A stretch of 64,000 nucleotides of DNA from Amphiscolops sp. MND2022. Taxonomy: Eukaryota. The notes under the pieces are model-generated. The model made no database searches. It was not told the origin of the DNA and saw nothing but the letters and a program-made list of their open reading frames with translations. Both the position numbers and the translations under genes were made by a program. Positions 10,804-23,250 of the stretch are shown piece after piece (the first letter of the stretch is position 1; each line of letters opens with the position of its first letter). The stretch lies in the NCBI GenBank assembly GCA_964187785.1, contig OZ076409.1, positions 56,670,001-56,734,000 of the forward strand, written 5' to 3'.

Positions 10804-13800
10804 TCAACGTCTTGATGTTGTAATATCCGGGTTTCCGAGATACGCATGATTGGTTTCCGTAGGCTGGTTCGTTTGAGGTTGTAAGTGGAATATTGGTTTT
10901 CCTCGCTGTACCGCTCCAGCGTTTCTTCTGATGTCTCCAGTAGTGGTGACAGGTTTAGTCGTTTTGCGGTGTTTCCTGTAATCAGATTGGTTAACTGGAT
11001 TATTTAATCTAAGAACTGGGTTCGTTTTTGATAGACATTTTGACCGGCGTAGGTTAGTCTCTTGAAGGTTTTCTGTTTCCTTATCAATTTCAGTGCTAGA
11101 ACAAAGGTTACTTGCTGAATCGAGGTCTGAGTCGATAGTATTAAATACCTTACCGTTTATGTCTTTAATATGTAGGTATTGTCCTGATTGTTGAGTGTCG
11201 CTGATGATCTGTTCTATGTCGGATTCCGACATTTGTTCGGCGTTGTCTGTGAGGGGCCCCATTGTTTTGTTTTTGCCTGTTCCCGGCTGTTTCTCTGGTG
11301 AAGCTGGTTGTCCCCGGTTTCTTATCAATTTTGGCTTTCCCCTACCAAAAACTCCGTTTTTTCGGTTGCTTGGTGGTTCTGGGCTGGTGTCCAATTGCTC
11401 TTCTTGTGACTGGGATGGGTCCGATTTGGTTGGTGTTTTGTCTTCTTTGCGGGCGAATTGTCCATCCGGTCCTCTTGGTCCGGTTCCTCTGTTGGAAGGT
11501 TCCTGTTCAAATGGTGTAATTGGTTCACTGATTTATTTACGGTGAATGATTTTATTATAAGCTCTGATTACGGTATGGTTTGTACCTTTTACCGCTGTTT
11601 GTAGTTGGTCGGAGTAAGACTTTCGAATTTTGATTTTGTGTTTTTCCGTTCAAAGAACTGAAACGGGTATTTACTAACAGTCTATGTTGATTTTCTCTTT
11701 TGCTTCAGGGTAGATGGTCGGAACTACCGCCTTCTCCACTGAATGTGCAAACCTGTAAGGTTTCTGACATTGCTGAAACGGAAAAGTTATTTGTTAGTTT
11801 TTTAATTTCTCTTAATTTTAACATATTACTCAGCTCCGTATTCGGTTTTCTACCGAAGTGTAATTCGAATGCCGATTTTTAAAGTCTAGTATGTGGGGTC
11901 GTTCGCATTACTCCTAGTGCCAAGTCGAGCGCTTTTCCAAAAGAATCGCCCGCTTTGATGTTAGTTAATAGGTTTTCTTTTAGCGTTCTCACCCCTCGTT
12001 CGGCTAGACCGGTGGGGGTGTGAATACACGGTGTCCCATATACTAGTGAGATGTAATTCTTATTGCAGAATTCTCTAAAGCAGTGGCCCGTAAACGCTGA
12101 CGCTTTATCGGTTCTTATCGTTTCCGTTTTTCCGTCTGTTGATTTACATAGACTGGCTGCCCGCAGTTTAATATACCGGTCCATGGAGAGTAAAATGTAA
12201 AATCTACGGTTCTCTTCCGTGATTGGTCCGATGAAATCCAATTGGATTTCTTCGTTTGGTGAGCTTAATGGTGGTAAGCGATTTTGTTCCGTTTTAGATA
12301 TGTCTGGTTTAAGATTCTTACCGGAAAGTTTGCGCGGTAAGCAGATGTCGCATTTTCTTTGTATTGCTTCTGCGAGTGTCGGCCACCAGAAGTGTTTTGC
12401 CGCCATTGTCGTTTTGTTTATGGCGGGGTGGCCCTTGTGAAGAAGCGTGATGACATTCGTCCGTAGTTTTGTAGGGACGATAATTTTCTCCTCGAAGAAA
12501 ACTAGTCCGTATCTTGTGGATACTTTCCATTTGTACTGGTTGTATTCTTCTGGGATACTGTCATATTGTTTCCTTTCTAGGCAGACGAGAGTTTTTAGCA
12601 GTTTGGGGTCATTAGTTGTCTCCGTCATTAGTAGTTGGAGATCCGCTGCAAATTCCTATTCGGTCTCTCTGACGTTGTTTTCGTGATTCCAGTTATTTGG
12701 CTCCAATACTTGTATTCTCGGGGCGTGTCCCATTTTGATGTATTGAACACTTTTTACTCCGAAGTAGTTCGCCCACTTAATTGTAGGTACTTCCACTACC
12801 GACGTTGCCATTTCTGAGTCACTGGAAATCTCTCCCTTTTCCATCGGTGTTTCGTCCGGTGTGTGGCTTGTTGTCAGACGTGCTTGTGAAGTGCCAGCGT
12901 TGTTGTCTTCTTGAGGAATGAATCCTCCTCGAGAGTTTCTGGTTTCTTTGAATTGCCAGTCAGGGAAGTAGTCTGCTTGTTGTTGTTGCCGGTTTCTGAT
13001 CTCTACGGCTGGGCTCTCCAGTCGTCTAATCATTTCTGATAGTTTCTCTTCGATAACTCTTCTCTCGCCTCGGAGAAATTTTGGCTCACAGTGTTTTTTC
13101 CATTTGTCGTTCGATAGTCGGTAAATTCCCGGCTTTACTTTAGTTCGCCATCTTTCAATTGATTTTGCTGTCTCTTGGGACGAATCAATTTTCTCGAGGT
13201 TATCGATTGTTTTGGCGTCCATTGTCGGTAAATTACCGTCACTATTTGAAATGCGATTGAGGCTATGAATGGCGTTATGTTCACGTGCGTTGTCCGATAA
13301 CCGGTATTTGTTTGCTTGTCAAATTTGCTGCTCCGCTCTCTGAATGTGATTGGTTGAAATGGTTGCTAAGGCAACCGAATTTTGAAACAAATCCGTAGTG
13401 CGGTGCTATGCTGTTAATGACATATTCTTCTTCGTATACGTCACCATTTTGCGCCAGTGCGGTAGGATTTCTACTCAAGTAATTGGTAAGCGATAAATGT
13501 TTTCCAGCGATATGGTTTACATTCATTGTAAAGAATGCTAGGCGATCAAGCCAACGCGTTAAGCGCGCGCTGTATGCTTTGTTAGAACGAACGTTGCGTT
13601 TTTTTAGTGGTTCTAGAGCTTGATGATCCGTCAATAATTTGACGAGTTTTCCGTAGATGTATAAGCAAAAATGTTCTAGACCCCGAACAACCGCTAGTAA
13701 TGCCAACTCGTTTATCGCAAATTTTTTTCTGTGTCTGATAGAAATCTGCTTGCAGATGCTATCGGTTTTAAATCTCCGATGTCTTGTTCTTGCCAGAGAG

Positions 13801-16234
13801 TTGCGCCTAAGCCTTTTGTACTGGCGTCTGTTGCTATGGTGTTCGGTCGAACGGAGCTATAATGAGCGAGGCACGGTATTTCCGTGATTTTGCGTTTTAA
13901 TTAGTTAAATGCTTCGGAGTGTTCCGTTGTCCAGTTCCAGTAGTTTTTCTTTTTTAACAACTGTCTCAATGAGTCTGTCTGTGCTGGCAGATTTTCAATG
14001 TATTTTGACAAATACTGGATTGCGCCTAGGAAGTTATTAAGTTCCTTCTCATTTTTTGATTCTTTCAATTCTTGTATTGCTTTCACTTTGTCTTGCAACG
14101 GTCTGATACAGTTTTGGTCAATTTCATGACCTACCCACTCTATTTCGGATTTGCAAAATTCTGACTTGTTTTCGCTGAGTCTATAACCTGCATTTTCTAG
14201 TTTAGTTAATACCTCGGTTAACTCACGTTTGTGTTGTTCTTTTGTCCCTTTTGTGACAATTAGTATGTCGCCTAACCACGCCGGTTGTTTGTTCTCCAGT
14301 GTTTGGTCAATCTTTTCTTGAAAAATGGTTTCTTGCCAATGCATAGAATCTTTTTAGGAACCTATAGTATCCGGTGAAATTGCCTCCACTTATTGCGAAT
14401 ATACACAAGTCCATCTTGATATCTGCATTGATAGTGTTTTGATAGCTGCATTTGGCCGTATGTATAGTACAGATCCAGTTTTGATATGCAGATTAGGTCG
14501 GTTTCTCCGTCTGCTATATTCCCTGATATTCGAGATATCTATTCCTTCATATTTGGCATTTGCGACTTGCTTTTCACGGTTATTTCGTTTAATTTCCGTG
14601 AGTCTAGGGCAATTTTAACCGTTTTGTCTTTCTTAACGGAATTACTGCTGAGCTTACAAAACAGTTTTCGTCTATGTTTGTTGCTCTTTCTATATGCCCG
14701 TCTTTCTTCAACTTCTCTATTTCTTTACCGACTGCTGGTTGTAATTGTATCGGTATTGGTCGGCCTTTCTGTTGTATCAGCTTTGCATCCGGTTTTAGCT
14801 GAATGTCTACCTCTATTCCCTTTACCATTTTATTTTCATGGAATAGTTTTGTACACTTTCTTTTCAGCTCTGTTACGTCCGGACTTTCTTGGATATTTTG
14901 TATTTTCAGGTTAAATTTTTCTGTATCTAATTTGATTCCCAATTGGTTCATTCAGTCCAGGCCGAGGAGAGGATTTGTTCTTTTTGTTGTTATTAGTAGT
15001 TCTAGGTTTTTTGTTTCTCCGTTGTTTTCTACTTTCGCCATTGTTTTTCCTTCGAACTTTATTTTGTTGTTGTCAACGTCCCTGTACTCCGTGTGTAGTG
15101 ACTGTATAGGTGTGGTATGGTTGAATAATTGTTTTGGTACCAGTGTGACCGGCGATCCGCTATCACTTATAAATTTGATTGGTCGGTTATTAACCAATAC
15201 TGTTGTAGTGAAGAATGGTTGTTCGTCTTTGGTGTTCTGTTTTGTTGAATGGACCATTCTTGTAATGAGATGTATTCTGCTTGGTGACCATTCGTCTTCT
15301 TCTGCACTGGATGCCTCCGATTCCGGGTAGATGTGTTTTGTTTTTCGGTCTGTCTTTTGTTTAGTTCTACACAATTTCGCGTAGTGACCAATTTTTCCGC
15401 AGTTTAAAAATTTCGTTTGCCGGACAATCGTGAAGTTTGCTCCAGTTCAGTGCACCGCATCTGATACAATTGACTTTTCTTAATTTGTTTGGCTTTTCTT
15501 TTTAGGGTTTTTGATAACAAGTTTTCTATCCACGTGTTTTATTTTGGTTTCTTCTTCTGAATCTCGTGATTCGTTCATTTTTTTGTACATATAATCGTGA
15601 ATTGTGTCGGTAATTGTTTCCACCGACATATCTTGTTTTTGATTTTCTTTTTGAGTTCGTTGTCTCCGGTTGTTTTTCCGATGACTGAAAGGAATTATGA
15701 GGCTAGCAGTTCTGCTGCTGTTATTTCTTCGAATTCGCAGTTTTTTCCTATCTCCAGAATTCGTTTCCAGGTTTCAGCTGCCGTTTCTCCCGGTTCTCTT
15801 TTCAGGTTGAAAAAATTGGCCCTGCTATGATGTTTTTTACGTTCCGGAATAAAATGTAGCCTGAATAGTGCATATAGACGGTATAATGGTAGGGGAGTTG
15901 GTTCCTTTTCTCTTATCGTCTTCGTCATTTCTGTTAGTGCTGACTGTCCAATCGCCAAGATAAAGACGTCTTGTATTTCCACTTCTAGTTGGTCTCTGTA
16001 TTGTGGCAACACTTCTTTGGAGTTTGTCATTTTTGATAGATCCAACTCTCGAGTCATTTTTATGTACTGGATACATTTTCTCCACCAGAGTTTTGCACTG
16101 GTGTGGTCATTTTTCTCCAGGAACGGAATGGGTAACTTCTGTGTAGCCGTCCGTTCAACCAATCGTGTGGTAGTGTTGTTCGGTAGTGAGCGGTTGCTCG
16201 TTTCTCCCATGGAGTTGTTTAGTTCGTCTTCCAT
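10804..16234 (-). pseudogene. Fragmented gag-pol of element 1
   Basis: Gag 15695-16234. Protease 14952-15374 (ISDSGSPVTL...LLGLD). RT 14604-14951 and 13901-14344 (WLGDIL, decayed xDD motif). RNase H 13281-13706 (LLTDHQAL, RLTRW). Integrase 11879-12628 (HKGH...CDIC, QLDF, RTD, GLAER). Low-complexity tail 10804-11528. Many stops and frameshifts. Confidence 0.93.
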
Positions 16235-16264
16235 TGTAGTGAAGATTTTTCTGATAGTTCAGAA

Positions 16265-16278
16265 TGCTGACTGCGCCA
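16265..16278 (-). promoter_or_regulatory. Primer-binding site, tRNA-Ser type
   Basis: TGGCGCAGTCAGCA directly follows the 5' LTR and is complementary to the 3' end (...UGCUGACUGCGCCA) of invertebrate tRNA-Ser. Confidence 0.8.
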
Positions 16279-16469
16279 TGTTGTATTCTATGAGAATATC
16301 TCAATTGAAAACGTTGTGTAAAATTACGATGTTTTTTGTAGCTCAATAAGTATCATAATGAGGTCGAGCTTTAATTACAGAACTAAATGTATGTTGGTAA
16401 ATAAGAACATAAAATGGCAACAGATTGTTTATCATGTTTGTCAACAGGTCTCATTTCTGTTACTCTTCA
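16279..16469 (-). repeat. 5' LTR of gypsy element 1
   Basis: Direct repeat of 10534-10724. Confidence 0.96.
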
Positions 16470-16879
16470 CAGCGTCATTGCGATATTTTTCGTAAACGGT
16501 TAGGAATCTATTGAAATACTGTTAAAGAAAAATTCACGCCTCAGTTCTTCGAAAGATAAACATTCGAAAAATAAACAATCTCATCCAAAATGCCTCCGCA
16601 GATCTCAAGACTAATAAACCGTAAAAGGTTCCAAAATGGTCGTTCAAGAACTGGTAATTTTACTGACTTCCGCTTACCAAGGCCTAATCGGAAAAAAATC
16701 AGAAACTTGTTCACACAACACCTTCATTGTTATATGCGCTACGCCAGAAAACAGAATTATTGAAAGTCAATTCGAAAAAAATACAAAAATTTAATAACAG
16801 TGAAACGCGAACCCCGCCTTCATCATGGCAAGACATAATATTGAGAGAAGAGAAGTTGATTTCCCCAAAACCGCGGGGT

Positions 16880-17207
16880 GGACGCAGAATAAGCAGTCTG
16901 CTTTTCTAAGTCGGTACCATATTTACAACCAAGTGGTCAAGCAATGATGGGCTTGAAGCTGTGGTTTCAAAGTGACTTGCTAAAAGCCAAAAAGGTCTGA
17001 CTGCTTCCCGTTGCTCTTTTTGTTTTGCTTTGCTCCGCCAAATGCGTTATTTTTTGTCATCGACCATACCACTAAGCTAGGTATGAAGGACTTGCTTAAG
17101 GACCAACAATGGTGAGTTGAGAACCAACAATGGTGGTCTCAATTGAGAGATTCGAACCTGATACCGCCCATTACAGGCCGAATGCTCTCACCACTACGCC
17201 ATGCTCC
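16880..17207 (-). mobile_element. tRNA-derived SINE, possibly CORE-like (3' end approximate)
   Basis: The minus-strand head GGAGCATGGCGTAGTGG...GGTTCGAATC has A and B boxes but no complete cloverleaf. It is followed by GTCCTTAAGCAAGTCCTT and TGTAAATATGGTACC, which resemble conserved SINE core motifs. Confidence 0.55.
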
Positions 17208-17904
17208 TTAATAATAATTCGGAAATAACGTCAATCATTCGGATGAGCAGTATTGTAGTTTAATTAGAAACGATACGGAAGTTCGACACTGACTAAATGC
17301 GAACTACTGCCTACTACATACCGGTAAGTTGTAGAATGAACACTGGAATAAACGTCAACGATTCGGATATAGCGCAAACCCGACGTTATATCCAATAATG
17401 TTTCTTACTTACTTCAAATTGAAAAAAAATGAAAATTATGAGGGAAAGCTATTTAGTGGAATTTTCACATATTTCAAACGTTTCTATTGGAGCAAGGGGA
17501 AAATTCACGAGCTGGAAAAATCTAGTGCAACTGCTACGAACTTTCGCAGGAATTTATTAGGAAAGCTCTTATACGACAACAGTAATATGTGATTTAGTTG
17601 CTGAAGAAAGGAATTATCATGGATCACAGTTGGACATAAATATCAAAATTGATGGAAAATGGTATCAATAGCGTAATATTTTCAGCACAAAAAGAAAATT
17701 GCCTGAGTAAAAATACATTTCAGATTTTTTGCGTTGTTTCAGCCTCTATTTCCGGAAAAAAAACCGTAAAAATTACAACATTGGAAACATTGAAATACAG
17801 CAACATCTCTGACTTAAAAAATCTTACATCCTCAATTTCACGAGGCAGAGGAAAAATTATAACTGATCCACGTTTTCCCGAAAGTTGACCTGTTCAATTG
17901 TCAA

Positions 17905-17948
17905 AAAAACTCTTCCACTTGGGTATATACCCAAGTGGAAGAGTTTTT
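17905..17948. repeat. 44-bp perfect palindrome
   Basis: AAAAACTCTTCCACTTGGGTATATACCCAAGTGGAAGAGTTTTT. Confidence 0.95.
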
Positions 17949-19458
17949 CCAGTGGAAAATAACTGACATACACTTAGTTTCGTGCAATATGTATTTTCGG
18001 ACTTTTTTGTTATAACCGTGACGACCACGAAAACATTGCAAAAAAATCAAAATTTTCATTTTCAATCTTTGAAAACATTTTTGTACTTTTGAAACATTCG
18101 TGTGTTAGAAAGACCAAAAAGTTCCAATATTGAATAAACAGGCTCCTTCCGATGCTTTAAGACTTACACTCAAAAAGTCTCGTCTCAAACAACTAATCAT
18201 TACAAAAACGTTTGTCGCTAAACCCTTAAGTCAGCTTTTTTGGAAAATTTGGACGTTGCGAACGAAAAGACCAACCTTGAGAACTCAACAACTGTAACGG
18301 AACCCACTGGTACAGCAAAATCAACCGATTTTGAAGATTTGACATGTGTGACGTGGCACTGAGCATGTGATTGCTCTTTTCGCTGTTTTCGCCATTTTCA
18401 ATGCAGAACAAGGACCGAGCAGTACCGAGCGGGAACACGGAATGTGAAGCCTGAGCGCTTAAAAAACTCATAGATAGAATCTTTTTGAGGTGCTAACCCC
18501 GGTTTTTACCGATTTCTAAGGAAGCTAAAATGAGCTGGTGTCATGGTGGTTTGTCCCGGACCATATCCGTGGTACCAGTTCCTCCACTCTATCGTCATGT
18601 CACAAACGTTTACCCTAGTTGCAAGTGCCCGAAAGTTTTACATGCTTTTATAGGTTGCAAGGCTAATTTATTAGGATTTTGGGAGCTGCTTAGAGAAGTT
18701 TTCATGCTCAATATTTTCATGCTGCGTCACTAATTTTTCAGGTATTTATCAAGATTTATTTACAATTTAGCGGGTTTTCAGAGTAACATCAAGGAAATTA
18801 AAGACAAATTCCCCGCGAAAATTTGTAGGTTTTCGTGGGCAAGGCCTCGAATTTTGTAAGCACAGACGCTACAATATGACGTAAACAAATAGTCAACCAG
18901 TGCCCGTGTGGCAAACAAATTCGTATTACTGGAACTTTTTTCAGTGGAAAAATTCTTTTTTGCATGGAAACTGTTGAAATAGGCAATATTTATCACTTTT
19001 CGGAATAAAAAAAACAAACTCATTTTCATATAGAAGTTCTACACAATTTTTTCAGGGACTACTTTAGAACGGAATATCAAAATAAGACTGTTTCCATTGG
19101 TCCAAAATTCAAATTTTTCCAAACATTTTTCAGCGCCAAAATACATGAAAAAACCTTGGAAACTATTGGAAAGGCTTATTCTGGGTTTTTACAATCATGT
19201 TTGCTGGAGTTTGTCTCATGAATTGAAAAATTTGTCGATTTTTATCAAAAAAAGTCAACAAAAATTTTGAAAATGAAAAATTCTAATCCAAAAAATCTTG
19301 TCAAAATTTTTGGATATTGTATTTCATTTCTCATCTGATTACCTTTAAAATGGGGAAACGGAAATCGGACTAAAGAAATAGAACTAATGGAATTAGGACT
19401 AACATGCTCAACATTTCTGAAACGTTCATGTGAAATAGAACTAATTTCGTATATGCTC

Positions 19459-19584
19459 AAACAGGAATTAGAACTAATTTGTTACGGGAATTGGAACTAA
19501 AAACAGGAATTAGAACTAATTTGTTACGGGAATTGGAACTAAAAACAGGAATTAGAACTAATTTGTTACAGGAATTGGAACTAA
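19459..19584. repeat. Tandem repeat, 3 x 42 bp
   Basis: AAACAGGAATTAGAACTAATTTGTTAC(G/A)GGAATTGGAACTAA, three copies. Confidence 0.95.
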
Positions 19585-19740
19585 AAAAAGTTGGAATAAG
19601 ACCTAAAATGCGGAATGGGACCCAAGGGAAGATCGGAATAGTATCTAAAGGAATAATATCCAAAGTTTTTCAAAGTATAAAACGTGCCCTTGATATTCCC
19701 CATTTCCTCTAGTGCCCCGCGGCCCCTTGGGGTTCCTTTG

Positions 19741-20470
19741 AGTAGTGATTTTTCTGTTCAAAACGTCATTTTGGTCTTTTTTATTTGCTGCCGAACTACC
19801 TGAATGAAAGATCTTCAGGACGTTTCGAAGTTCGAGAACAGTTTTTAGTTCGATAAGATCTGTTTTGGAGTTTTTTAATCTGTAATTCAGAGAGTATTGA
19901 TCGTATGTTTTTGTTTCAGACCCTGTCAACTCGATGTTTTTGTGGAGTGGCTGATGTGTGATGACGTGTTGGGTGAATCATCCGAGTTGACAGCTTCAGC
20001 TGTAGTGTTGCACGTGGAAGACGATAGCGATGCTTTCTAACATCTTTGGACATGCGTTCACAGACGTTTTCGGTATGTCTTTCAAGTTTTGTCGTAATTT
20101 GATGTAGATTTTTTTCTGATGTTTTTTGCTTTCGCTTTTTCGAAAACTTCGTGTTCGGAACAATCATAGCTGGTGTTTTTGCTGCTTGTGTTTCGCACGA
20201 AACATTCCGTTTTTCCAAGGTTTTTTCAGTAGTGATTTTTCTTCCCAAAATTTCCATTTGGCCTTGTTTATTTGTGCCCGAACTACTTGAATGAAAGGCC
20301 TTCAGGACATTTCGAAGTTCGAGAACAGTTTTTTGTTCGATAAAATGTGCCCTGGAGTTTTTTTCCTGAGATCCAGAGAGTATTGATTGTATGTTTTTGT
20401 TTCAGACCCTGTCAACTTGATGTTTTTGTGGAGTGGCTGATGTGCGTGATGACGTGTTGGGTGAATCATC
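19741..20470. repeat. Diverged direct duplication of about 240 bp (19741-19982 and 20228-20470)
   Basis: Shared AGTAGTGATTTT...TTCGAAGTTCGAGAACAG...TTTCAGACCCTGTCAAC...GTTGGGTGAATCATC, period about 487 bp. Confidence 0.85.
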
Positions 20471-20669
20471 TGAATTGAAAAAAGATTGGGACAGAAAAGA
20501 GCCAATAATTTTGTATATTGTGACTCAATTTTGTATATTTTGATTGAATTTAATTCAGTTTTATTCTTATTGATTTTTTTACAAGATTATTAGAAATGAA
20601 GAAATTAGACTTCGTCAGAATGAGAATTGAGTTCAAAATGAAAGGTCGTTTTCAGAGTTTTTTGTCGAG

Positions 20670-20918
20670 TTTTTTGAGTAAAACTACATGGATTTTTTTA
20701 AAATTGTTTTATAGGTTGCAGGGAAATTTTTTAAAAACACCTTGAAATGCTGCCAGCATTTTCCAAGTTGCCTGGTAATTTTACAAAAATTTTACAAGTT
20801 ACCTGTTAATTTTACTAAATTTTTCCAGGCATGATCCCTGAATTTTCCATGTTTTATAAAAAATTAGCCGGCATTTTTTGAAGGTGCATGTAAAACTTCG
20901 CGGCAACTTCGACCAGGG
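20670..20918. mobile_element. Partial copy of the CCCT-ended MITE family
   Basis: Ends ...CATGTAAAAC...TTCGACCAGGG, like the TIR of the 55895-56442 element. Confidence 0.5.
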
Positions 20919-21059
20919 TAGCTCTTGCCGTTACAAACTAACCCGTTGGCTAATCCGTTTGATGGTGCGGAGAGAAAATTGATGTTCTTCGATCGATAAA
21001 TGTTCAAACCTATTGCAAACAACTAGAAAACAAGTTTTCTGAAACTCCTACTGGAGTAT

Positions 21060-21720
21060 AGTAAGAAACTAGAGAATGAAGAAAGGGATTTGGTCAGCCC
21101 TTGTGCCATTTCCAGGTAGGCAAATATCCTTTTGGTGAAATTGAAAACCAAGAGTTCCAGAGATTTCAACTCTGCCATTTGCAGAACGTTGTAGGCTTGT
21201 TAGCAGACCATCTTCTTGTCTGCGAGATGATGATGAGCCGTGTGAAACAGCGTGCTGACCGAAAGGACTTTGGCAGATCAACAAATAATCGAAGACGTCC
21301 TTTTGACGTTCCCGAGGCAACGATGAGGCTCGCAAACGATGAAGCTCTTTTCACGGCTGTCACCATGTTGTAACCTCCATGTATGGTTACATTTGTAGTT
21401 TAGTATATTTCGAAATATGGACTTAAGTGAAATGTCTCTGCTAGGAAAGAACAAGAAGCGTCAGTATTCATTCCTGAACAGAAGACAACTTTCGATGACT
21501 AAGAGTCCATCAGTTTGGGAATCGCCATCTGATTTTGAAATCTGTCTTTTAACATTTTCGAAACCCTGTTTTCTATGTTATTTGTTATATCAATGAACTT
21601 TTTGTCGTGAGATTTAATGTCTCTTCCGAGGGACTGTTCTGGTTTCTGGTCCCTCGTTCCTACTTTATAGAGAGTCTCTTCGTAATTTTTTCTATGCGTC
21701 TTTTCTGGCACACGATTGGA
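21060..21720 (-). pseudogene. Highly degenerate gypsy protease/RT fragment
   Basis: Minus-strand frames give KGRLRLFVDLPK and QAYNVLQMAELKSLELLVFNFTKRIFAYLEMAQGLTKSLSSFSSFL (RT motifs), preceded by a possible protease remnant GMNTDASCSF. Confidence 0.65.
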
Positions 21721-22819
21721 AAAGAGAAGTTTTGTGCAGAAGTTTTAAATAGTCTTTTGTATCAGGGATGAATACATTACGCTGGGAGCTACGGTAAAGA
21801 TCCCGCATGTACACTTCCCATCTTAATCAGCCCAGCGCTCCTCCAAGACAGACAATCCTATTCAGGCACGCTTAAGATTCAAATTTTCAGTTGGATCACA
21901 CTTCCCGAAAGAAGGCAAACTTCAAAATCCTGCTTGAGTATCAATTTAGCTTCCGTTCCTCTTCAATTCCTGCCTTTCAATGAAACTGAAATCAAACTTG
22001 ACTAGTATATCAACCTAGCCAACTGACGCAGAAAAAAAACATTGAAGTTACGAATTGAAGTTAAACAGAAAAATCATGATGAACGTTAGTTATGAACAAT
22101 AACCCACCGCACTTTTTATTGATTCAAATCAGCGCAGCAGAGTGCTGTTATGAGGGTCAACATGTGCATCAGAACCATGAAATAAAAATTCATATTCCAT
22201 GATTCCTCCCCATTCGCATAACGAGATTCGTTGGTACATCTCTTGCTACAAATAAGCGCAACCTAGACTTTAAATCAAATAATTTTCAATCGTATTATCT
22301 CCAAAAAACTGCAGACAAAACTAGGATGGATTGTATTCATTTTTTACTATTTTCTTATTCGAAGCTGTTTTAGTATATACTATTTCAGTACATATTTCAT
22401 ACATCTATAATAACAAAGTAAGATAAAATTCCAGACGGGCTACTCGGAATCTTTCACTATGCACGAGCTAGACAAAATAAAGTTGCATTTGCAAATTCCA
22501 GTGCTATTCATGACTTGAATATTTTGATCTGGGATGAAACACTTTCAAACAAAGTCATTCAACTAAGTACTTATAGTGTTTTTTTTCGAAGTCCTAGGCT
22601 GTTGACTCAGTAAATTGTTACTGGCTTGCTGCCTGACTATATTATTATTTTCCGCCTGTCGTAGTAAGTTTCGCTTTGATGGGAATCTATTGAGTTTTCC
22701 CTAGTTAAATTGCGTTGATCACATGAAGTTAGATTTGATTCTGGAAGATTACCCCAAGTTTTCTTGAGATTTCTAACTTCGGCGGTCCTGTTTAGTCTAC
22801 TAGACCTGTGGTCCGCATT

Positions 22820-23250
22820 TCACTCAAACCTTCGACTGCCAATGGTATTTTGAAATGCAGGAAGTACCTTTTCACTTAATGCTAGGTTTAGTGAATCTAA
22901 TATCTGTGTACTTAAGTCTCTTTTCAGCTCAATCAGTTTCCCAGAACCTTGGGTTGTAATCTCAAGATTCATTAGCATTGCAGTTTCAATGATATTTTAC
23001 TGTTCTTTGTGCTGTTTGTATTCAATAGTAATCTAAATTCTTCGATTTTTTGAATCATCGCCTACCTAGGTCTATCAGACTCATGGTCCACCTCGTTATT
23101 CCCATCTTCGAGGTTACTCTGTATTTCATGCCTTGGAAACAACCTAACAATGCGTCCATATCCTCTATATCAGGTATGACGTCCGATTGCTTAGAGCGAT
23201 TCTCTCTGGCTTTTGTTTCCTGATTGAAGGCCTTGAGGAAGTGATTGCTC
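22820..23250 (-). pseudogene. Relic ORF, family copy 1 of 3 (probable Gag N-terminus)
   Basis: KARENRSKQSDVIPDIEDMDALLG...STQILDSLNLALSEKVLPAFQN is homologous to the relics at 59024-59320 and 62112-62561. It lies upstream of, and on the same strand as, the RT relic. Confidence 0.5.

Larger units (their letters stand above)
10534..16469 (-). mobile_element. Ty3/gypsy LTR retrotransposon (Mag-like), both LTRs present, coding-defective, 5936 bp
   Basis: 191-bp LTRs (TG...CA) with about 5 differences. TSD CAGCG at 10529-10533 and 16470-16474. PBS and PPT present. Domain order gag-PR-RT-RH-IN. Confidence 0.96.

Noticed and set aside
17130..17207. Functional tRNA gene
   Set aside because: A and B boxes are present, but the acceptor and anticodon stems do not pair properly. 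It is better explained as a SINE head.
19457..19712. ORFs with repeated peptides (ELELKTGIRTNLL)
   Set aside because: By-product of the 42-bp tandem repeat.
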